64,000 nt of DNA, from NCBI GenBank assembly GCA_964016885.1, contig OZ024746.1, positions 91,884,001 to 91,948,000 on the forward strand. Reading direction: 5' to 3'. This document shows positions 52,113-64,000 of the stretch, one piece after another. This stretch comes from Eledone cirrhosa. Its lineage: Eukaryota. Every line of letters begins with the position of its first letter. Positions within the stretch are counted from its first letter, which is position 1. The notes under the pieces were generated by a model, which was given only the letters and a program-made list of their open reading frames with translations, was not told the origin of the DNA and ran no database searches. A program made the position numbers and the translations under genes.

Positions 52113-52471
52113 TCACTCCTCTCAACGTCTTAGCTCTGTCACGTGACATGATAGTTGTGGAGGGAGGGGGTCACTCCTCTCAATGTCTGAGCTCTAGTTG
52201 TGGTGGGGGAGGGGAGTGTCACTCCTCTCAATGTCTGACTGAGCTCTGTCACGTGACGACTAGCTTAACTTTGGCGGGACGAAGTATTCCGTTTATATTT
52301 TTTTGACATTCAACCCCGCTATTATGGAGTCTCCCTTTCAGATAGCAATATGTTGTGTTATTTACAGTTAACATATTCGACAAACAATTTAAAACAACTT
52401 AAAAGTAACAAACATTCTAGAGACGATATCAACACGTCGCAAATGAGAAACACAATAATAATAATTATTAT

Positions 52472-52791
52472 TATTTCTACTTTTGGCACAAGGCCAGAAA
52501 TTATCCCAGTGCATTACTGGTACTTTATTTTATCGACCCCGTAAGGATGAAAGGCAAAGCTAACCTTGGCGGGATTTGAAATCAGGGCGGTAATTCTATG
52601 CAGAGCATTTTTGTCCGACGTTCTACCGAATAATAATAATAATTGTTTCATCTTTTGCCACAAGGCCAGCAATTAACCAGTGTATTACTGGTACTTTATT
52701 TTATCGACCCCCGTAAGGATGAAAGGCAAAGTTAACCTCGGCGGGATTTGAACTCAGAATAGCAAGGGTCGTAACTCTATGCGTCAAAGCA
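52472..52791 (-). mobile_element. two tandem SINE copies in (AAT)n
   Basis: Cores at 52480-52630 and 52645-52790, separated and flanked by aataat runs. Confidence 0.88.
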
Positions 52792-53199
52792 TAATAATAA
52801 TAATAATAATAATATGAACACAACCAATTGAGAATGCAATGTTAAAGGAGAATGGAACTAATATGAGCCAGCTACCACTTAATGGCAGCTATTGATCCGA
52901 TCAAAGCCGAGAGTTATTTCACATGTCACTTTATTTCCCTTCTCCGTGCCGTGCAAATCAATTTAGTTCTGGACTGTAAACTGCTAAAAATAAATCCTGG
53001 AACCTGACTTTTCCGATTAAAATTTAAAGCATAGTGCGAGAAAATGGAGGTATAAATCTTAGCGACTATTGTAATCGAACTGTCAAACTCACCTCCAACA
53101 GGTAATAATTCTTTAGTGCTATATATTTGCCTCTCGTAATATGCACACATCTACATATATACACATAGTTATGCATTTACATATAAATTATATATGCCA

Positions 53200-53302
<103 letters not shown>

Positions 53303-53396
53303 CTATCTCTTTCTCTCTCTACACACACACACTTACACACACATATAGAGAAAGATAGATAAGACTCGATACATGTATATGTTTAATCCTTTTCTA

Positions 53397-53429
<33 letters not shown>

Positions 53430-53594
53430 TATATACATATATATATATATATAATTATTTAATATAGAAATGGCTTCTACAAGACTAGAACTGTTTCATT
53501 CGTATAAGTTATATCTGTATAAATACACATTGTTTTTATGTATATATTACTTTATGATACAGTTCAGCTGCTATGACAGCTCTATATAACTTAA

Positions 53595-54950
53595 ATTATC
53601 ATCCTGGAGTTCTGTAACCAGGCACTGGAGAAAGGAGTTGCCCCGAATCAGTGGATGATCAGTAACATCGTCCCAGTGCCAAAGAAAGGAGATCTCTCTA
53701 ACACCAACAACTACAGGAGAATCTCACTGATGTCACTCGTGGCAAAGACCCTCAACAGGATTATTCTTAACAGGATCCAACCCGAGATGTAGAAGAAGCT
53801 CAGGGACAACCAGAACGGCTTCGGATAGGGAAGATCAACCACCAGTCACATCCTGATGCTGAGGAGAATTTAAGAGGGAGCTAGAGCAAAGAGCCTTCCT
53901 GCTATCATGGTTTTCATTGACTTAAGGAAGGCCTTTGATTCTGTGGACCGTCACTGCCTGATGAAGATCTTACAGGCTTTTGGAATCCTCAAGAAGATAA
54001 TGGACCTGATATCGGAGTTCTTTGAGATACTGGCTGGAGTGCTCCAGGGAGATACATTGGCTCCCTAACTTTTTATCATCGCAGTGGTCTATTGTATGTG
54101 CCTTGCACTGGAGAAACACCAGGACTCTGGCTTTACTGTAACACTGACTCAGAGCAGGAGAGTTAAGGCGAAAAAGATATCGGATGCTGAATTTGCTAAC
54201 GACATAGTTCTGGTGACAAACACAGTGAAGGAGGCAGAGGATTTGATGCAGGAGGTGGAGACTGTGTCGATGAGTGTGGGGCTGAGAATGAATGAGATTC
54301 AGACAAAGTATCTGGTAGAGCATATTAAGAAGCCAGAGAAGATTACGAATAGAGGCGGGAAGCCGCTAGAATTGGTTGAGGACTTTCTGTATCTGGGACC
54401 AAAGATGGGGAACACAGAAGATGATGTGGTTGAGAGGAAGAGCAAAGCCTGAGCGGCGTGCCACAGTTTGAGATCGGTGTGGAAGTGGGACCTTCGTAAA
54501 GATCTGAAGATTCAACTCTTCGTTGCTGTAGTGAAGTCTGTGCTGCTGTACGGGTCTGAGACTTGGACACTGACCAAGAAACTCACTCAGATGGTGGATG
54601 GGTACTACACGAGAATGCTGAGGATGGCTCTGAGTATTATTCAGTATTCACTGAGGATGAAGAACTCAGAGCTGTACGGGAGCCTCCCAAAAGTCAGCTC
54701 GAAAGTAACAAAGAGGAGACTGAGATTAGCTGGACATTCTCATCGACATCCAGAGTTGACACTGCACTCAGTGCTCCTGTGGGAGCCCCTGCACGGATAC
54801 ACTAGAAGAGGGAGATCGAGGTTGACATATGTTGATGCCCTAAGGACAGACACTGGTCTGTTGGAGACGCAGGACATGGCAGCGAAAATGAAGGAGAGAG
54901 ACCGCTGGGGAGAACCCGTCCATGGATCTCGGGAATTGTACCCGCCCTAG
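53595..54950 (+). pseudogene. 5'-truncated decayed RTE-like LINE RT
   Basis: IVPVPKKGDLSNTNNYRRISL, FIDLRKAFDSV, GVLQGDTLAP, FANDIVL (from FADD), LLYGSETWTL, RLRLAGH; internal stops and a deletion. Confidence 0.88.
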
Positions 54951-54982
54951 ATATATATATATGGGGGAGGGGGGGGGGTATA

Positions 54983-55024
<42 letters not shown>

Positions 55025-55202
55025 CACACACACTCACACACACACACACACACATATATATGATAAATTGACGAGACTACCATGGTTTTCACTGCTAGTA
55101 CCGGTTGCATCTCAGCGTACTCAATAGATAATGTTAAATAAACTCCCAGAGTAGACACATAGTAAATGGGCACCTCCAGTCTATACACACACACACACCC
55201 AT

Positions 55203-55267
<65 letters not shown>

Positions 55268-55560
55268 TGACACATACCTAAACATTCATACACGTGTAAT
55301 TGCAGTAGACAGACATAACTAGTCGATAAACGTTCTCACTTCGCCTCTTAGAGAGAGGCTTGACTATTTCTACCAATATTGGGAGAGATAAATCTAAGAA
55401 TAATTACTTGGCAGAAAGTTAAAAGAATACCATCCTGTTCCTCTCCCCCATCATAAAATAGTATTTAACCAATAATTGTTTCTACTTCTAGCTCAAGGCC
55501 AGCAATTATCCCAGGCCAGCAATTATCTGGTACTTTATTTTATCGACCCTGTAAGGATGA

Positions 55561-55908
55561 AGTGGAACCTCGGTTCACCAAATAAATTTATTTCTCAAGA
55601 CCTCGCGTCACCTGAAATGTTCGTACACCGAAACTATTTTATTATACGGAATTTTGATAGAGAAATACAGAGAGAGAGAGAGTCACAGACAGTGTGTGAA
55701 AGACAGATTAGATGTCACCATAGTAACTAACTACACAGCATGTTACGCTTTCCCGCCAGTACTGCCAGCTTGTCGCCAACCGTGGTTGCCAACTTGTGTG
55801 TTCGTTACTTGGGACACCATTCGTAAATCGGGACGTTTTATGTTCGGAAAACTTGTTCGTGAACCGATTTGTTCATGATGTGAAGCGTTCGTGAACCGAG
55901 GTTCCAAT
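55561..55908. mobile_element. pogo/Tigger-like MITE
   Basis: TIRs tggaacctcggttcac / gtgaaccgaggttcca; directly follows a truncated SINE (55475-55560). Confidence 0.7.
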
Positions 55909-56524
55909 ATACTAATTCCAAAAATCAAATTTTATTTTTAATAATTTAGTTGTCAGAGTTGATTAAAATTATTGTCATAATCATGAACTAGACAACAATA
56001 TTAATTAATATTTCTAGTAAGTCGGTGTTCTTCGGCAATCCCTCATGATTTTATTTTGGCACGTGTCAAATGACGCGTTCTTTGCCCCCTGATGAATTAA
56101 CCCCAGACCATAGCTTTCAATGATCGGAATCGTGATAAACATAAAGATTATTTCCTAACAACTTGTCTTGTAAATTATTCATTGTCTTTTACTGGAGATT
56201 TCTGATTCTAAAAAGACTGACTCTGACATGTTGCTACATCAACGTTAAGGTATTAACTACATTGTTTTAATTTCATTATAGAATGTTTAAATAATATGAA
56301 GACACTTTGGAAGGGACAAAATTCCTATCAGACAAAGTCCCCACTCCTAACAGATAGTTAGTACCCATAAAGTAAACGAACAGTAAAAGAAAAAACAAAA
56401 TCTATTTATAGTTTATGAAATATAATTTACCTGATAAAGAATAAACTAAAATTATATAAATACAAATTTAAATAAGTTAAAATATTCAGAAGCCGGACAA
56501 TGCGTGCCTATGTAATAGGAGTTA

Positions 56525-57115
56525 TCTATATATATAAAACTTAGGATGTCTGACAGTGTGTGTGTGAGTTTGAATCCCTAAAACCAGAGAAGCACCCAAC
56601 CGGCTATTTTCAAACTTTACACATGTAATACTTATGTTTCAGGGAGTGTTCTGAGCAAAAAGAATTTCAAATCTTCAATGCCCTAGGGACCGCATTAGGC
56701 GATTTAGCGATCTCTCTCTATAATTCTTAGTCTTTCTCTTTTTAGATAGATACATACATATAACGTCGCACCCTTATAATACCTGTCTGTATGTTTGCTG
56801 TCTGCATTACGCCACTTCCTACAATTCGCTCTGCGACCAAAACGCGCCCTTATAATATCTGTCTGTATGTCTGGCTGTCTGCTGCCTCCGGTTATTCTGC
56901 CACCCTTGCTCAAGACAAATCTCACACTCATTCCCCAAACAGTTGGTAAGTGCACACAACTTCTTCCTCACGTTTTAAGCCACAGTGTGGCTTACTTACG
57001 TACCACCAGGCCCTTACTTCTTTGCCAGCCGTGGTTGTGGCAATACTAAGCTTAGCTAAGGCGATGATATATTTCACAATACCTTATCCCGTGCAACGCC
57101 GGGTACCACTGCTAG
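56525..57115 (+). mobile_element. non-autonomous Helitron
   Basis: A|TC start, 3' hairpin cccgtgcaacgccggg, CTAG|T end, no TSD. Confidence 0.85.
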
Positions 57116-57309
57116 TAGAGAATAAAAGACTGAGGGAAGAGTGAGGACGATCGAATAAAACCTCAGCAATTTTATTGATCTCAAATATTTTTGGATTTGA
57201 AACCCATTTTCAAGAGAGAATCCGTGTAGAAGTATTTAAAGAGTAATCGGGCAAGAGGTATGATTTGGCAGATTTAATTTAGATTGATGAAAAATACTTT
57301 AACATTTAG

Positions 57310-59597
57310 AGTTATGTGCATGTGTGTAGTGAAAGACGTGTGAGAAAATATGTGTGTGATATATGTATGTATGTGTGTGTGTGTGTGTAAGTGTGCGTAG
57401 TGAAAGACGTGTGAGAAAATATGTGTGAGATATATGTATGTGTGTGTGTGTGTAAGTGAATGTAGTGAAATATGTGTGATATATGTATGTGTGTGTAAGT
57501 GTGTGTAAGTGTGTGTGTAAGTGAGTGTAGTGAAAGATGTGTGAGATATATGTATGTGTGTGCGTGTGTGTGTGTGTGTGTGCGTGTGTAAGTGTGTGTA
57601 GTGAAAGACGTGTGAGAAAATATGTGTGATACATGTATGTGTGTGTGTATGTGTAAGTGTGTGTAAGTGAATGTAGTGAAAGACGTGTGAGAAAATATGT
57701 GTGATATATGTATGTGTGTGTGTGTAAGTGTGTGTAGTGAAAGACGTGTGAGAAGATATGTGTGATATATGTATGTGTGTGTGTGTGTAAGTATGTGTAG
57801 TGAAAGACGTGTGAGAAAATATGTGTGTGATATATGTATGTGTGTGTAAGTGTGTGTAAGTGTGTGTGTGTGTGTGTAAGTGAATGTAGTGAAAGACGTG
57901 TGAGAAAATATGTGAGTGATATATGTAAGTGTGTGTAAGTGTGTGTAGTGAAATACGTGTGAGAATATGTGTGTGATATATGTATGTATGTGATATATGT
58001 ATGTGATATATGTATGTGATATATGTATGTGTGTGATATGTATGTGTGTGATATATGTATGTATGTTATATATGTATGCGTGTGATATATGTATGTGTGT
58101 GATATATGTATGTGTGTGATATATGTATGTGTGTGATATATGTATGTGATATATGTATGTGTGTGATATATGTATGTGTGTGTGTTATATGTATGTGATA
58201 TATGTATGTGTGTGATATATGTATGTGTGTGTGTGATATGTATGTGATATATGTATGTATGTGATATATGTATGTGTGTGATATATGTATGTGATATATG
58301 TATGTGTGTGATATATGTATGTGTGATATATGTATGTGTGTGATATATGTATGTGTGTCATATATGTATGTGTGTCATATATGTATGTGATATATGTATG
58401 TGTGTGATATATGTATGTGTGTGTGTGATATGTATGTGATATATGTATGTGTGTGATATATGTATGTGTGTGTGTGATATGTATGTGATATATGTATGTG
58501 ATATATGTATGTGTGTGATATATGTATGCGTGTGATATATGTATGTGATATATGTATGTGTGTGATATATGTATGTGTGTGATATGTATGTGCTATATGT
58601 ATGTGTGTGATATGTATGTGTGTGATATGTATGTGATATATGTGTGTGTGTGATATATGTGTGTGATATATGTATGTGTGTGATATATGTATGCGTGTGA
58701 TATATGTGTGTGATATATGTATGTGTGTGATATATGTATGTGTGTGATATGTATGTGCTATATGTATGTGTGTGATATATGTATGTGTGTGATATGTATG
58801 TGATATATGTGTGTGAGTGATATATGAGTGTGATATATGTATGTGTGTGATATATGTATGCGTGTGATATATGTGTGTGATATATGTATGTGTGTGATAT
58901 ATGTATGTGTGTGATATATGTATGTGATATATGTATGTGTGTGATATATGTATGTGTGTGATATGTATGTGCTATATGTATGTGTGTGATATGTATGTGT
59001 GTGATATGTATGTGATATATGTGTGTGTGTGATATATGTGTGTGATATATGTATGTGTGTGATATATGTATGCGTGTGATATATGTGTGTGATATATGTA
59101 TGTGTGTGATATATGTATGTGTGTGATATGTATGTGCTATATGTATGTGTGTGATATATGTATGTGTGTGATATGTATGTGATATATGTGTGTGAGTGAT
59201 ATATGTGTGTGATATATGTATGTGTGTGATATATGTATGCGTGTGATATATGTGTGTGATATATGTATGTGTGTGCTATATGTATGTGTGTGATATATGT
59301 ATGTGATATATGTATGTGTGTGATATATGTATGTGTGATATATGTATGTGTGTGATATATGTATGTGATATATGTATGTGTGTGATATATGTATGTGTGT
59401 GATATGTATGTGTGTGATATATGTATGTGATATATGTATGTGTGTGATATATGTATGTGATATATGTATGTGTGTGATATATGTATGTGTATGATATATG
59501 ATTGTGTGTATATGTACGTGTGTATGTGTGTGTGTGTGTGTGTCTAGTTAGGGACGTAGAATTCGGGGTAAGGGAGTAAAAGGTGTATACGTGTGTT

Positions 59598-59636
<39 letters not shown>

Positions 59637-59960
59637 TTGTGTGTATGTGTATGTGTGTGTGTATGTGTGTGTGTATGTGCGTGTGTATGTGTGTGTGTAT
59701 GTGTGTATGTGTATGTGTGTATGTGTGTGTGTATGTGTGTGTGTGTATGTGTGTATGTGTGTATGTGTGTATGTGTATGTATGTGTGTGTATATATGTGT
59801 GTGTGTGTGTGTGTATGTATGTGTGTGTGTGTATATGTGAGTGTGTGTATGTGTGTATGTATGTGTGTGTATGTGTGTGTGTGTATGTGTGTATGTGTGT
59901 GTATGTATATGTGTGTGTGTGTGCATATGTGTATGTATGTGTGTATGTGTATGTGTGTGT
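57310..59960. repeat. compound GT/AT satellite
   Basis: gtagtgaaagacgtgtgagaaaatatg units decaying into gatatatgtatgtgtgt and (GT)n. Confidence 0.93.
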
Positions 59961-59964
59961 AGTT

Positions 59965-62860
59965 GATCTGTGCCATTTCTTTATTTGTCTCAGGTACATC
60001 CCATAATGTCTTCGCGATATTCCTGCTGTTAGAATTATTCCTGTTCACTCTGTCGTTCCTTAGCTGGGATGCTGGAACGATGACGTAATTATGTTAGATA
60101 AGTTACATTAGCCATTCTGGTGCACTTCTTTCCATTCGTTTATTGATGGCAGGTTTTAGTCACTTATCTACCGAACGCTGAGAATTAAGGAAGCCTCTTG
60201 ATAAAGACTTCCAAATATTTAAACTTATTTAAATTTGTATTTCTTATTCCACAATGCTTCAAACAAACTACAACACTTTGTAATACTATATAAGCTTCGA
60301 TATTTCAAATTCTGTATTGTCTTTTTTCCCTATATAAGGTTTTGTTTGGTAGTGGTAGGGGTTTGTCTTGTGGAGTTTTTGTCCGGTAAGGAGTTTGTCA
60401 TGGACCCGAAGTCATTAAATTCTTGAGCACTTGGTCAGATATCTTTTAACAGAAACCTTACATGAAGAAACATATTCTTTACAAAAACAACATTCAACAT
60501 GAGGAAACCTCAACGTATTCGGTCTTTTTTAATGATTTTTAATGATTTGTTACTTTGGCCACATCAACACTTGGACCAAGTTTTTAGTCAAATGTGCTTT
60601 TAACACATTATCTTCTGTTTAAAGGTCTACAGCCAACAAGTTGGAGTCTTTATATTTAAAGAACAGAAATATTCGGTAATAAAACTAAATCGATGGGAGC
60701 CACATTCTAAAGTAATGTCGGAATTGTTGTCATGTTTGCTCTACGTCACATTCAAAGGCTGCAGTTTACCAGAAATAGGGTTTTATTAATAAGTATTCAT
60801 TATGGAGGTGGATTGGTTGAGTCGTTAGAGCGTCGGTCAAATGCTTTGCGATATTTCTCCCAGCTCAAATGTCACTGAGGTCAACTTTGCTTTCATCCTT
60901 CCGGGGTCGATAAAATGAAATACCAGTCAAATGCTGGGGTTGATTTCATCGAGTTCTGATAGTTATGTTTGGACATCCTACTCGGCGCTCTGTATTTGGT
61001 GATCTGAGAAGCAGTTTCTCTGCAGGTTCATCATGGCGGAAACATGATTAGCATGGGCTAAGCAACGGGATCGAACTTTCGATGAAACTCATGGCAGATC
61101 ACCATAAAATATCTTGTTGGTAGTGTGACTTTACCCCGAAATATTGAACACTTCATGTAACATGTTGGTGTAGGAACCATCAAGTCTCCTTGAGTGGGTG
61201 AAATTGAGAGTCAAGGACTTAGAACCAGATAGTAAGATAGCCTCGACACTAGTCTTGAAGGCCCTGCACTTCGTAGGTCTTGGAATAGGAGCCTTCCAGG
61301 CTTTTCACGGTGGACTTATTGCATCTGTGCTTGACCAATTCTGAAATAACAATCTTAAATTAGTCTAAAGTTAGAGTGAAGGAAAAGTTGAAAAGACATA
61401 TCAAAAATATAGTGAGGACGTATGGCAGGTAAATTTTGTAGGAAACATTTAGTAGGAAGCATTTGGTGGGAAGCATTTAGTAGGAAGCATTTAGTAGGAA
61501 ACATTTGGTAGGAACCATTTAGTAGGAAACATTTAGTAGGAAGCATTTAGTAGGAAACATTTAGTAGGAAGCATTTGGTGGGAAGCATTTAGTAGGAAAC
61601 ATTTAGTAGGAAGCATTTAGTAGGAAACATTTAGTAGGAAGCATTTGGTGGGAAGCATTTAGTAGGAAACATTTAGTAGGAAGCATTTGGTGGGAAGCAT
61701 TTAGTAGGAAGCATTTGGTGGGAAGCATTTGGTAGAAACATTTAGTAGGAAACATTTAGTAGGAAACATTTAGTAGGAAACATTTAGTAGGAAGCATTTG
61801 GTGGGAAGCATTTAGTAGGAAACATTTAGTAGGAAACATTTGGTGGGAAGCATTTAGTAGGAAGCATTTAGTAGGAAGCATTTAGTAGGAAGCATTTGGT
61901 GGGAAGCATTTGGTAGAAACATTTAATAGAAACATTTGGTAGGAAACGGTTAGTAGGAAACATTTAGTAGGAAACATTTAGTAGGAAACATTTAGTAGGA
62001 AACATTTAGTAGGAAGCATTTGATATCGATAACACTGGCTTCATTGAAAATTAATACAGAAAAATGTGAGCTAAAAAAATTCTTAATGCCTTCATGAATA
62101 CTTCAGAAATAATTCTTAAATCACATGAAAATATCTACAGGGGATATTTATTGTAGTTTTGCACCTTCGTGCCGTCTGGGGAGATTGTGCCCCACGATAA
62201 TTCGGAAAACTGGTTCTTCTAATAGACTGATTTCTATGTAGAAAAGGAAATATATAATTAAATTGAAGCCTAAACTGACACAATACTACTTTCACATCAA
62301 CTAGATCTTCCTTACCGTTCCTCCTAATTTTGTTTTTACTTTTCTTTTTCATTTTTATAACATCTTCATTTTCTCTTTTAATCTAAACATTTCTCTGTTT
62401 TATTGTCTTATTTCCTAATAAACTCCAATTAATATTTTAAAAATCGGTAAATACAAGAATAAGGAGGACACGAAAATATAAGAAATGCTGGTGAAATTAA
62501 GGCTGGTGAAACAGTGTATTGTGGCTGCTGGAGGGGGATCCATTAGCATTGAAGTTGTTGCTTTCGGGTGAAAGGGATAATATGTGCTACTGTATCAAAT
62601 ATCTACGCTTCAATAAAGGAAGTAGTGTGTGTAAAATGATACAGAATAGAAATTTATGGGTGGTAATTTCTGTTTGCTCTTTAGAGAAGTATTGCGATGG
62701 TTCTATCGCTTCAACAAACATTGTTTCTTCCGGCTGAAGGAGAGAACTTACTTGGATGGAACATTCTTTTCCAACGGAATGATAATTCAGGAAGTTAATC
62801 TCGGATTCAGCATTTGAGAATCTCAGAAGCAAATTTAGCTACATTGTTTACGGCAAATTT
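59965..62860 (-). pseudogene. very decayed Penelope-like element, interrupted by a SINE (60805-60945) and a minisatellite
   Basis: Faint motifs in the expected order: RFSNAESEINFL, PGRLLFQDLRSAGPSRLVS (compare PGRFYxLPKIHK..PGRPIVS), HYQQ..AM. Confidence 0.35.
61437..62021. repeat. 14-bp minisatellite cattt(a/g)gt(a/g)ggaa(a/g), ~40 copies
   Basis: Direct reading. Confidence 0.95.
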
Positions 62861-63089
62861 GTTCTCTTTCCTAGCCTAATCGACATATGAAACACTATAT
62901 AAATATTTCTTGTTCATTTTAGTTTTCTCGTTTTTTTTTCTTTTTTATATTTAAATCCCTACATCACATTTTTACTTTCGTAAATGCTTCTTATCTTAAT
63001 AATCCCTCAGCGCCCTCATCTTTACATAGTAATCACTAAAGTTCAATCCCCTCTTAAGACTAAACTTCATATATATACATACATATATA

Positions 63090-63190
<101 letters not shown>

Positions 63191-63320
63191 CACAAACACA
63201 CACACACACACACACACACATATCATATATACGTATGCAAAAGGCAAACAGAAATAACAAACGACTCAGTTCAATAAAGAAATATATTAGTTTTACGTTT
63301 GATATAGTAGGAAAATAGTC

Positions 63321-63359
63321 TGTCTTAACGTTTCGGACATTAGTCGTTCATCAGAACAT
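63321..63359 (-). ncRNA. degenerate hammerhead motif
   Basis: Minus strand tgtt-CTGATGA-ac gac taat gtc c-GAAA-cg-TT..agaca; stem I imperfect. Confidence 0.45.
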
Positions 63360-63690
63360 AGAATGAAGAATTAAAGAAGAAATAGAAATATTAAGACGGG
63401 CAGGGCGGAAAACATATTTTTAGAGAAAAATAACAGGTCCATTGATGTTGCCATTTCTTGAAAAACTGTTGATGTCTCAGGAAAGAATCACTGAATAGAT
63501 TTTACAGACAAAATCAATCGGCAGGAGACCCGGAGGGTAGACCCCGAGCAAGATAGTTGGATAATATCTATGAGCTTGGCAGGTCATTCTTGGGGATCCA
63601 GCCGGATCGATTGAAGACGGTTGCATCTGACACGCTGGACAGAGTGTTTGAGGACTCGGTTCTCATGATCCTTCTAGGAATAAGTGCATG

Positions 63691-63811
<121 letters not shown>

Positions 63812-64000
63812 TGTGTATGTGTGTGTGTGTGTGTGTGTGTAACAAATTACTTTGCTTTTCTTCTTAAACTCTTTTTTTAAATAAGACATTGAAGGTGATG
63901 TGAAAAATATTGAACTTCTGGTGAACTTTTTGGGGTGGAATTTTACTGGGGCGGATATTTCTATTGCCTACTCCAAGCCTATCTGTACAAAAATGGTGGT

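Noticed and set aside
51514-52306. Gly-, Val- and Pro-rich ORFs resembling structural proteins
   Set aside because: (GGT)n repeat open in several frames on both strands; no unique coding flank
59276-60048. His/Thr and Cys/Val ORFs
   Set aside because: (GT)n-derived

Overview
AT-rich eukaryotic non-coding DNA made up almost entirely of repeats. The SINE family and the microsatellite density suggest an octopus or other cephalopod genome (inference). I could not support any host protein-coding gene. The only intact ORF is an RTE-clade LINE (29593-33138): APE endonuclease, reverse transcriptase and three C-terminal C2H2 fingers, with a candidate target-site duplication. The window also holds about 20 copies of a tRNA-derived SINE, three non-autonomous Helitrons, several MITEs, decayed LINE, hAT and Penelope-like (PLE) remnants, and large minisatellites. 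The most striking signal is invisible in the ORF track: about 15 well-formed type I hammerhead ribozyme (HHR) motifs from at least 8 distinct sequence families, plus degenerate ones. Four sit in a 4 x 310 bp near-perfect tandem array (16372-17641) that looks like a retrozyme or circular-RNA template next to a PLE reverse transcriptase remnant. Several others form divergent pairs in 300-750 bp fold-back cassettes inserted into (TA)n or AT-rich satellites. Many have self-complementary stem III sequences, as expected for dimer-cleaving HHRs, and an unpaired position at the base of stem II. All structures were folded by eye and none has been tested for activity.
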